Origin: an uncultured delta proteobacterium
GTDB lineage: Bacteria > Myxococcota_A > Polyangia > Haliangiales > Haliangiaceae
DNA length: 64,000 bases
Assembly (NCBI GenBank): GCA_963743525.1
Contig: CAVUQH010000003.1
Location: 416,001-480,000, forward strand
Reading direction: 5' to 3'
Shown here: one piece after another, positions 49,552 through 57,538 of the stretch
Layout of the letters: each line of letters opens with the position of its first letter
Position numbering within the stretch: position 1 is the first letter of the stretch
Program-made: the position numbers and the translations under genes
Notes under the pieces: model-generated
The model's database searches: none
What the model was told of the DNA's origin: nothing
The model's input: the letters and a program-made list of their open reading frames with translations, nothing else

Positions 49552-50991
49552 CTAGGCCGGGCCGGCGGCGACGAGATCGAGCAGCAGCCGGCCGTACTCC
49601 TCCAGCGACGTCGAGTTGAGGAAGCGCTCGCGGACCGCCTGCCGGGCGGCCTCGCCGAGCCCGCGAGCCAGCGCCTGGTCGCCGAGGACGCGCAACAGCG
49701 CGGCCGCCAGCGCGGCGGTGTCGGTGGGATCGTCGATGAGCAGGCCGGTCCGCTCGTGCTCGATCTGATCCTGGATGCCGCCGACGCGGCTGGCCACCAC
49801 CGGCCGCGCCTTCCACATCGCCTCGGCGACCGTCAGGCCGAAGCCTTCGCGCAGGCTCTTCTGCACCACGACCGTCGCGTGTCGCTGCAGGGCGTTGACG
49901 ATGGCGGCGTTCTCCTCGACGTCGGCCATCGGCAGGTTGACCAGGTGGACATGGTGCCGCACCGAGTGGGGCAGCTCGCGCCAGGCGGCGACAATCTCGT
50001 CATAGACGGTCACACCTTCGGGATCGTCGGCGACCGCGTTGACGTTGGGACCGGCGAGCACCAGGTGCGCGGCCTCCGGTGCGTGCTCGAGCAGCGCGGC
50101 GAACCCGCGCAGCACGCCGGCGTGATCCTTGAGCCGGTCCCAACGCGAGATCTGCACGACCAGGGGGGTGTCAACATGAGGCGCGGGGCCCAGCCGCTGA
50201 ATATCGGCGCGCCGGTCAACGCGGCTCTTGACGCCGTCCTCCCGGGTGAAGCAGCACAGCGGGTCGTCGGCGTGGCCATCCACGATCCCGACGTGGGTGA
50301 GGATGGCGGTCGCCGCGGCTGCGGTCATCTCCTGGTTCTTGGGCGACAGCGGATCGATGGTCGGCTGAATCACTCGGGTGGGGATGCCGATCCCCTCGGG
50401 GATGTACTGCTGGCGGGTGAAGACGGCCATCTCCGCCTGGCTCGCGTGCGGTAGCAGGAACCCCCAGCCCGCCGCGGTTTCGTCGTTGTGCGTCTCGGTC
50501 CCGATGTGGCTGCGCCAGACCACGCGCGCGCCGTGTTGCCGCAGCAGCCGAATGCTGCCCGCGGTCTGCGGGTCGTGCAGGATGGCGACGTCGCCGGGGC
50601 GGACCAGGGCGGTGAGCGCGGCGGCGTTGCGCTCGCACTGCTCGCTGTAGATCGCTCGCTCGGCCTCGCCCAGGGGCGAGCCGTCGCCGGCCGCGCCGTG
50701 CAGGGCGTTGTGCAGCCGCTTCGTGACCGCGAAGAAGTCGGGCGAGCCGGGCACCACCGCCCACCGGCAGTCCACGCCCGCGCCGCGGGCGTAGCCGACG
50801 ATCGAGCGCAGCATCTCCGCGACCCCGCCGCCGCGTTCGGTGGAGTTGACGTTCCACACCGCCGCTCCCGGCATCTGCCGCTCGACGACCTGGGCCAGCG
50901 CGTGCAGCCGAGAGACCCGCTCGGCCCCGATCACCGGCGCCAGCGAGTCGAGGGACCGCGCACCGACGTGCACCTCTCGGATGGCCGACAT
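49552..50991 (-). CDS. GT4 glycosyltransferase, trehalose synthase TreT-like
   Basis: VNST..GGGVAEML, ILHDPQT, WRSHI, IDPLSPKN, QISRWDRLKD, DDPEG, QKSLREGFGLTVAEAMWK. Confidence 0.9.
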   Translation of the reverse strand: MSAIREVHVGARSLDSLAPVIGAERVSRLHALAQVVERQMPGAAVWNVNSTERGGGVAEMLRSIVGYARGAGVDCRWAVVPGSPDFFAVTKRLHNALHGAAGDGSPLGEAERAIYSEQCERNAAALTALVRPGDVAILHDPQTAGSIRLLRQHGARVVWRSHIGTETHNDETAAGWGFLLPHASQAEMAVFTRQQYIPEGIGIPTRVIQPTIDPLSPKNQEMTAAAATAILTHVGIVDGHADDPLCCFTREDGVKSRVDRRADIQRLGPAPHVDTPLVVQISRWDRLKDHAGVLRGFAALLEHAPEAAHLVLAGPNVNAVADDPEGVTVYDEIVAAWRELPHSVRHHVHLVNLPMADVEENAAIVNALQRHATVVVQKSLREGFGLTVAEAMWKARPVVASRVGGIQDQIEHERTGLLIDDPTDTAALAAALLRVLGDQALARGLGEAARQAVRERFLNSTSLEEYGRLLLDLVAAGPA

Positions 50992-51047
50992 CGCACACAG
51001 TGTACCTCCGAGAGTCGCCCTTGACCCGGCTGCGCTACGCTTCGCGC

Positions 51048-52142
51048 ATGCCCCAAGCACTCCGCGAATTGATCGACGAGTTTTCTGGCTTCGGCTGGGC
51101 TGACTACGCCTGGTCGCTGGGATTGGTCGCGGCTGCAGCGCTCCTGGGCGCGATCGCGTCGGCGCTGCTGCTGCGTGCCCTCACCCGCTGGTCGCGGCGA
51201 ACCGACACCAAGCTGGACGACGCCGTGGCCAAATACGTGCCCGGACCGCTGCGCTGGCTGATGCCACTGCTCGGCGCGCGCGCGGTGTTGCCCGTCACCC
51301 ACCTGCCGCCGGGTACCGCCGGCTTCCTCGAGCACGCCACCCTCATCGGCGTGATCGGCTGCGCCGGCTGGCTGGCGATGCGCTTCGTCCTGGTCGTGCA
51401 GGACGTGGTCGTCGCCCGCTACGACATCAACAGCACCGACAACCTCAAGGCCCGCGAGGTGGTCACGCAGATGCGCGGGTTCCGCAACCTGGCCCACTTC
51501 ACCCTGCTCGTGCTCACCGTGGCGTTCGCCCTGCTGACGTTCGACGCGGTCAGGCAGTTCGGCGTCACCCTGCTGGCATCGGCCGGCATCGCCGGTGTGG
51601 TCGTCGGCTTCGCCGCGCAAAAGAGCATCGCCACGGTGATCGCGGGCATTCAGATCGCGCTGACCCAGCCGATCCGCGTCAACGACGTGGTCATCGTCGA
51701 GGGCGAGTGGGGCCGCATCGAGGAGATCCGCCTGACCTACGTGGTCGTGCGCATCTGGGATCTGCGCCGGCTGGTGGTGCCGATCACCCAGTTCATCGAG
51801 AAGCCGTTCCAGAACTGGACGCGCACGTCGGCCGACATCCTCGGCACCGTGTTCGTCTACGCCGACTACACCATCCCGGTGGACGAGGTTCGCGCCGAGC
51901 TGCAGCGCATCCTCGAAGATTCGAAGGACCTGTGGGACGGCAAGGTCAGCGGCCTGCAGGTCACCGACACCACCGACCGTCACGTCGAGCTGCGCGCGCT
52001 GATGAGCGCAGCAGACTCGAGCAAGGCGTGGGATCTTCGCTGCCGCGTGCGCGAGCGGCTGGTCACCTGGATCCAGAAGAACCATCCGGCGTCGCTGCCG
52101 CGCTTCCGCGCCGAGCTGGATCGCGAGCTCGAGGCCGCCTGA
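51048..52142 (+). CDS. MscS-family mechanosensitive channel
   Basis: LLASAG…VGFAAQ, QPIRV(N/D)DVVIVEGEWGRIEEI, NWTR. Confidence 0.93.
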   Translation: MPQALRELIDEFSGFGWADYAWSLGLVAAAALLGAIASALLLRALTRWSRRTDTKLDDAVAKYVPGPLRWLMPLLGARAVLPVTHLPPGTAGFLEHATLIGVIGCAGWLAMRFVLVVQDVVVARYDINSTDNLKAREVVTQMRGFRNLAHFTLLVLTVAFALLTFDAVRQFGVTLLASAGIAGVVVGFAAQKSIATVIAGIQIALTQPIRVNDVVIVEGEWGRIEEIRLTYVVVRIWDLRRLVVPITQFIEKPFQNWTRTSADILGTVFVYADYTIPVDEVRAELQRILEDSKDLWDGKVSGLQVTDTTDRHVELRALMSAADSSKAWDLRCRVRERLVTWIQKNHPASLPRFRAELDRELEAA

Positions 52143-52148
52143 GACCAG

Positions 52149-52616
52149 CTAGCTGGTCTTGACGCCGACGGTCTCGCCGGCGACTCGCGCGCCCTGCTCC
52201 AGGCACAACATGCGCACCCTGCCGGTGGCCACCGCGCGTCCCTGTTCGTTGGTGATCGACACCGACCAGACCTGGCTGCGGCGCCCGCGAGTCACCGGCG
52301 TGGCCACCGCGCGCAGCCGGCCTTCCCGCACCGCGTGAAGGAACGAGGTGTTGTTCTCCAGCCCGACCGCGTGATAGCCGAGGGGCATGGCGTTGAGCGC
52401 GGCGCCGGTGCTGGCCAGGGTCTCGACGATGGTGCAGTAGACGCCGCCGTGGACGATGCCGTACGGCTGCTGCAACTTCGCAGTGACCGGAATCTCGGCG
52501 ACAATCTCGTCGTAGCGAATGCTGACGAACTCGAGGCCGATGGTCTCGTTGAAGCCGCCGCGGCGGGCGTTGATCGACTCGACGATGTCGTCTGGCAGCG
52601 GCGGGAGCTCGGACAT
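52149..52616 (-). CDS. PaaI-family hotdog thioesterase
   Basis: QQPYGIVHGGVYCTIVET, GRRSQVW. Confidence 0.92.
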   Translation of the reverse strand: MSELPPLPDDIVESINARRGGFNETIGLEFVSIRYDEIVAEIPVTAKLQQPYGIVHGGVYCTIVETLASTGAALNAMPLGYHAVGLENNTSFLHAVREGRLRAVATPVTRGRRSQVWSVSITNEQGRAVATGRVRMLCLEQGARVAGETVGVKTS

Positions 52617-52644
52617 GCCGCCAGTATACGGCGGCAACCGCTGC

Positions 52645-52965
52645 TCAGTCGGCGGCTTGCCAGGCCGCGGCGCGTTCGACCCAGGTGGCGATCTGCTCGT
52701 CGGTCATCGATGACAGCTCTTCGGCCCCGTGCGCGGCGATGAAGAAGTCGCCGCGGATGAGGGCGTGGCCGCCGGTGATCGGCAGGTAGCGGTTGGGTGC
52801 GCCGCCGATGTCGTCTTCGACCTTGCAGATGAGCGCGACGGTCTTGCCCAACGCGACCTTTTCCAGCGCGCCGCCGACGAACTGCTGCAGCGCTTCGATG
52901 CTGTTGCGCAGCTGCGCGGTTTCCGGACGCTTCCCAACCCGACAGGCGATGACGCGGATCTCCAC
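52645..52965 (-). CDS. DUF3846-like hypothetical protein
   Basis: IEALQQFVGG.LE, LIC, PNR, IRGDFFI, SMTDEQI. Confidence 0.7.
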   Translation of the reverse strand: MEIRVIACRVGKRPETAQLRNSIEALQQFVGGALEKVALGKTVALICKVEDDIGGAPNRYLPITGGHALIRGDFFIAAHGAEELSSMTDEQIATWVERAAAWQAAD

Positions 52966-52975
52966 GGACACGATT

Positions 52976-53629
52976 CTACAACAGCCCGGGCTTCTCGGCG
53001 ACGATGGCCCAGGACAGCTCGGAGAATCGGCGGTGGCGGGTGGCGAAGCCCAGCGCCTCCAGCGCGGCTTCGGCTTCGTCAACGTACCAGAAGAACTCGT
53101 CGCCGATGGCGTCGACCAGGGCTTGCTTCCCGGCCCGGGCATGGGCGTCGCAGATCGCCTGCCCGGCCGCCCGGCTGGCGAACATCAGGTCGCCCATCGC
53201 GGCCACGCCGCCCGGCCGCAGATGGTCGTAAATGCCGCGAAACAGCAATGGTTTTTCGTCATCCGTGAGGTGGTGGATGGCGTAGGTGCTGGCCACGGCG
53301 TCGGCCGCCGGCAGCCGGTCGACGCAGTCGAGCAGGTCGGCGCGGACGAACTGGCAGGGCAGGCCGTCCAGCTTGGTCCGCGCGATCGCGGTCATCTCCT
53401 CGGAGACATCGACGCACACGAGCCGGGCTGGATCGCGGATGCGCCGGGCCAGGTTGCCGGTGCCACTCCCGAGGTCGACGACCACCGAGCCGGGCGGGAT
53501 TTGCGCGGCCACCCAGGTGAGCAGCGCGTCGTAGCCGGCGCGGATCGGGTTGGACTCACGGGCGACGTCGCGGTCGTAGCCGGCGGCGTCAGGGTCGTGG
53601 TTGAAGCGGTCAACGTGCTTGCTCGACAT
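52976..53629 (-). CDS. Class I SAM methyltransferase
   Basis: VDLGSGTG, VDVSEEM, STYAIHHL, LRPGG. Confidence 0.9.
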   Translation of the reverse strand: MSSKHVDRFNHDPDAAGYDRDVARESNPIRAGYDALLTWVAAQIPPGSVVVDLGSGTGNLARRIRDPARLVCVDVSEEMTAIARTKLDGLPCQFVRADLLDCVDRLPAADAVASTYAIHHLTDDEKPLLFRGIYDHLRPGGVAAMGDLMFASRAAGQAICDAHARAGKQALVDAIGDEFFWYVDEAEAALEALGFATRHRRFSELSWAIVAEKPGLL

Positions 53630-53630
53630 G

Positions 53631-54221
53631 TCACACCTGGGTGGCCCACGGCGGGCCTTCGTTGCGCACGATGGCCTCGAGCGCCTGTTTCGGGCAGACG
53701 TACTCGTGGAGGAACTCCTCGAGTGAAGCGGCCAGGCCGCGCAAGACCTTTTCGGTTCCCGGGTCGGTGACGGTGTCGCCATCGAACGCGCTGCGCACCC
53801 CGGCGATCGACACCGACATCGGCAGCGCCAGGGCGCCGACGTGGGCGCAAACGCCGCGCAGCTGCTCGAGCGACTTGATCGCGCCGATGCGACCGGCCGC
53901 GACGCCGAGCAGCGCGACCGGCTTGCCGCGCAACACCGAGGGGAAGCCCAGGTTCTCGATGATGAGCTTGGTCATGGCGGCGAACGAGCCGTGATACTCC
54001 GGGCTGGCCAGGACGATGGCTGCCGCCGCCTCGACGGACTCGATCAGCTTTGCCGCATCCGGCGTCTGCTCGTGACCGGGGAAGCCCAGTGTCAGCTCGC
54101 GGGCGTTAACCAGCTGTACCTGGTGTTTGCGCGAACGCAGCTCGTCGATGACGACGGCGAGGGCTCGCGCCGTGTAGTTGTCCGGTCGGCTGGTTCCGCT
54201 GATCGCGACGATGTTCGGCAT
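53631..54221 (-). CDS. NADPH-dependent FMN reductase family flavoprotein
   Basis: ISGTSR, ASPEYHGS, GKPVAL, G.IGA. Confidence 0.9.
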   Translation of the reverse strand: MPNIVAISGTSRPDNYTARALAVVIDELRSRKHQVQLVNARELTLGFPGHEQTPDAAKLIESVEAAAAIVLASPEYHGSFAAMTKLIIENLGFPSVLRGKPVALLGVAAGRIGAIKSLEQLRGVCAHVGALALPMSVSIAGVRSAFDGDTVTDPGTEKVLRGLAASLEEFLHEYVCPKQALEAIVRNEGPPWATQV

Positions 54222-54320
54222 GGGCGGAGTCTACCAACGTCGCTTCGTGGATGCGTCGCATCGAGGCGATCGATGCCGAGATCCGGCGCCAGACGCCGCG
54301 GCGAGGCGTATGCTCCGCGC

Positions 54321-55370
54321 ATGTCCGACGAGGATGTCCAAACCGGTGGCTGGGACGCCATCACCGCCGCGTGCGACGCGATCTATCCCGACCAGGAGCC
54401 GCGGCACTACGGCACCCTCATCAAGTACATGCTCGGCGGTCCCGATCCGATCGACGGGATCAGCGTCTACACCAACGATGATCCGGTGCCGCACTGGCAC
54501 TACGTCACCTACGGCTTCTCGGAGCTGTACGAGAAGGAGAGCGACGACCCCGAGGAAAGCGGCTACGGCTTCGAGCTGACCTTGCGCCTGGCGCGCAAGC
54601 CGGGCGAAGAAGAGCCGCCGGTGTTCGTCGCCAACTTCCTGCAGAACCTGGCCCGCTACGTGTTCGACAGCGGCAACGTCTTCGAGGCCGGCGAGCACAT
54701 CGACTTCAACGGCCCGATCGCCGCGGGAACCGATACGGCGATCACCGCTGGTTGTTTCGCTGCGGATCCCGAGCTGGGCGAGATCGACACGCCCAACGGT
54801 CACCTGCGGTTCGTCCAGGTCGTCGGTATCACCGCCGACGAGCTGGACGCGATCAAGACGTGGAACACCAACGGCGTGCTCGGTCTGCTCGCCCGGGTTC
54901 ACCCCAAGTGGGTCATCGACACCGCACGGCGCTCGATCCTCGAGGACGCCGCGCTGGCCGACGAGGTGCGCGCCAAAGCCGCCTCCGAGGGATCGTCGAC
55001 CGGCGCGCTCTACTCGTCGTCGCTGGAGATCGAGCCGGCGGGGGACGGCGCGCACATCCGCATCGGCGCCCTCGAGATGCGCTCCATCGCCGCCGTGCTG
55101 CCCGGCCGGTTGCCCCACGGCCGCGACCTGTCGATCAGCGGCCGGAGCTCGATGTTGGTCTTCCACCCCGGCGAGGCGTCGGGGCTCGCGGTCGAGGACG
55201 AAGACGTCTACGTCATGTCGCTGTCGGATGCGGCCTGCGCCGAGGTCGTCGGCACGCTGCGCCCGGAGCGCGGCGAGTATCGCTTCGCCGAGCTCCCCGA
55301 CCTGGTGATCGAGGTGGTGCCCACCGAGATTCGCGCGCAGAACGGCGACGTCGTCGAGGTCATCGGCTGA
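54321..55370 (+). CDS. Suppressor-of-fused (SuFu) domain protein
   Basis: GWDAI, LGGPDP, HWHYVTYGFSELY, SGYGFELT, LARYVF, TPNG..FVQVVGIT.DEL. Confidence 0.92.
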   Translation: MSDEDVQTGGWDAITAACDAIYPDQEPRHYGTLIKYMLGGPDPIDGISVYTNDDPVPHWHYVTYGFSELYEKESDDPEESGYGFELTLRLARKPGEEEPPVFVANFLQNLARYVFDSGNVFEAGEHIDFNGPIAAGTDTAITAGCFAADPELGEIDTPNGHLRFVQVVGITADELDAIKTWNTNGVLGLLARVHPKWVIDTARRSILEDAALADEVRAKAASEGSSTGALYSSSLEIEPAGDGAHIRIGALEMRSIAAVLPGRLPHGRDLSISGRSSMLVFHPGEASGLAVEDEDVYVMSLSDAACAEVVGTLRPERGEYRFAELPDLVIEVVPTEIRAQNGDVVEVIG

Positions 55371-56148
55371 GCCGGGACTCGACGCGATACTCCTCGTATT
55401 CGGCGACAACCTCGAAGCCGAGCCCGCGATAGCAGCGGAGTGCCACGGCGTTGTCCGCATGGACGTTGAGGCCGATGGTGCTGACCGACTCGAGCAGCGA
55501 CTGGCACACGCGCGCGGTGACCTGGCGACCGAACCCCTTGCCCCGCTCTTCGGGCAGCGTGGTGATGTTGCCCAGCGCCGCGACTCCGTACTGCGGCGAG
55601 TAGACGTGCACCCCGGCCACGGCCGCCAGCGATCGACCGCGGCGCGCGGCGAAATACTGGCCGGTCTCGAGCATCCGCGGCACGAACCAGTTGCCGGGGT
55701 AGCTGCGCTGATAGAACGCGCGCAGCTCTTCGTGATCCTCGGGGCCGAGTGGCTCGACGCCGCCGGTGGCGACGGCTGTGGCCTTGTTCGGCGCCTCCAG
55801 GGCCATCTTCAGGTGCGGCCCGCGGGAATGGAGCTCTGCGTCGCCGAGCTCGCCGGCGAGCCCGGGCGAGAGATGGGCGTAGAAGAGCCGGGGAAGCTGT
55901 GGCCGGATCGCCCGAAGCAGCGCGGCGGCTTCATCGAGGTGCGTCCGTTCGAGGACGACCAGCGTGGGCACCGCCGATCCGGTGAAGAGCAGCGCGACGC
56001 TGAGGAGCTCGCCGTCCGGAGCCCAGCCGAACCAACGCGTGTCGGCCCAGAAGAACGGATCGAGGTCGCCGGTCTCGTAGATGTGCAGCGCCTGATCCCG
56101 GGCGAAGAACTGCGCCAGCGCAGCCTTGTCGGAGGTAGCGATCAGCAT
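55360..56148 (-). CDS. GNAT (FR47-like) acetyltransferase
   Basis: LGNITTLPEERGKGFG, LNVHADN..A…YRGLGF. Confidence 0.9.
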   Translation of the reverse strand: MLIATSDKAALAQFFARDQALHIYETGDLDPFFWADTRWFGWAPDGELLSVALLFTGSAVPTLVVLERTHLDEAAALLRAIRPQLPRLFYAHLSPGLAGELGDAELHSRGPHLKMALEAPNKATAVATGGVEPLGPEDHEELRAFYQRSYPGNWFVPRMLETGQYFAARRGRSLAAVAGVHVYSPQYGVAALGNITTLPEERGKGFGRQVTARVCQSLLESVSTIGLNVHADNAVALRCYRGLGFEVVAEYEEYRVESRLSR

Positions 56149-56155
56149 CTGCCGG

Positions 56156-56686
56156 TCAGTTCGTTGGCGCGGGTGCCGCCGGGACGCCGGCGTCGGTCTC
56201 TTCCTTGACCAGCCGCTCCAGGCGCGGGTGGACGTGGCCGTCCTGGATCGGCACGAAGCGGTAGCGGGCCACGGCGTAGCCGGGGAGGATGAAGACGAAG
56301 TCGTGCGGCTTGCCGTCGGCCAGTCCTTCCCAGTAGGTCGGCGTGTGGCCGACGCGCTCGTTGTCGACCAGCACCTGAGCATTGGCCGGCGTTGACCGCA
56401 GGGTCAGATGGACGATCTTTTCCGGGCGGTTGTGCCGCGGCGGCTCGGGGGCCGCGTGCCACTTGGTCTGTCCCGGAGGCGGATCGAGGAAGCCGACGTC
56501 GTCCTGGTCGGCCCTGGTCGGCTTGGTCTGTGGCGCCGGCTTTGCCGCAGCGACGCCGGCGTCGGTGGTGACGGCGGGCGCTCGCGGCGTCTTTTCGTGC
56601 GTGCGCGCGCGCGTGTCGTCGCCACCGGAGCAGCCGCCGAGGGCGATCAGCAGCATCACGACAAGGGCTCCGCGCACGCGCGTCAT
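56156..56686 (-). CDS. PEGA-domain lipoprotein
   Basis: Lipobox LGGC; LRSTPANAQVLVD…GHTP…LPGY. Confidence 0.85.
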   Translation of the reverse strand: MTRVRGALVVMLLIALGGCSGGDDTRARTHEKTPRAPAVTTDAGVAAAKPAPQTKPTRADQDDVGFLDPPPGQTKWHAAPEPPRHNRPEKIVHLTLRSTPANAQVLVDNERVGHTPTYWEGLADGKPHDFVFILPGYAVARYRFVPIQDGHVHPRLERLVKEETDAGVPAAPAPTN

Positions 56687-56791
56687 CGGCGGTCAGGCTA
56701 CCAGAAATCGGCTGCGTTGGCGCCGGAGCCCCGGCGCCGACGGCTGCCTACCCGGGTGGTTCTCGCTCCTGATCGCGGCAGATCGAGCAGC

Positions 56792-56822
56792 ACTGGTCCA
56801 CCGAACTTTTTCAGACTGGTAC
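56792..56822 (+). promoter_or_regulatory. Direct repeat, possible MocR/GabR-type operator
   Basis: ACTGGTCC (56792) and ACTGGTAC (56815), 23 bp apart, upstream of a PNPOx-family gene. Confidence 0.4.
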
Positions 56823-56860
56823 TTCTCACGGGCCCGCTTCAGTCCCATCGTCGTCTCACC

Positions 56861-57538
56861 ATGACGAACACCCAGTTGAAGACGGAGCGAACGCGCTGTC
56901 GCCGCCTGCCCGCGCGAGGTCACTACGACCGCGACACCGTGTACGCGATTCTGGACGCGGCGATGGTGTGCCACATCGGTTTCGCGTTCGACGGCCAACC
57001 GTTCGTCATTCCGACGATTTACGTGCGCACGGACGATCGTCTGTACGTGCACGGGGCGGTGACCAGCCGGATGCTCACACAGCTGCGCAACGGTGCTCCG
57101 GTCTGCGTCACGGTGACTCACATCGACGGCCTGGTGCTGGCGCGATCGGCGTTTCACCACTCGATGAACTACCGCTCCGCGGTGGTGCTGGGCACGGCCG
57201 TCGAGGTCGACGACCCCGACGAGAAGTCCACCGCGTTGCTGGCGCTGGTCGAGCACGTCATGGCCGGACGGTCAGCGGAGGTGCGCCCGCCCTCGGCCAA
57301 AGAGCTGCGCGCGACCAGCGTGCTGCGGATTCCCATCGAAGAGGCATCGGCCAAGATGCGGGTTGGTCCGCCCGTTGACGACGCCGAGGACTACGCGATG
57401 GGCTGCTGGGCCGGCGTGATCCCCATGGCGCCGGGCTACGGCGCGCCCGAGCCGGATCCCCGCCTCGCCCCCGGCATCGACCTGCCCGACTACGTGCGCG
57501 AGCGTTACCAGCGCACGCGCTCCATGCGCGGATCGTAG
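56861..57538 (+). CDS. Pyridoxamine 5'-phosphate oxidase-like flavin-binding protein (NimA-like)
   Basis: RGHYD, PFVIPT, LYVHG, DGLVLARSAFHHSMNYRS, WAGVIP. Confidence 0.92.
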   Translation: MTNTQLKTERTRCRRLPARGHYDRDTVYAILDAAMVCHIGFAFDGQPFVIPTIYVRTDDRLYVHGAVTSRMLTQLRNGAPVCVTVTHIDGLVLARSAFHHSMNYRSAVVLGTAVEVDDPDEKSTALLALVEHVMAGRSAEVRPPSAKELRATSVLRIPIEEASAKMRVGPPVDDAEDYAMGCWAGVIPMAPGYGAPEPDPRLAPGIDLPDYVRERYQRTRSMRGS

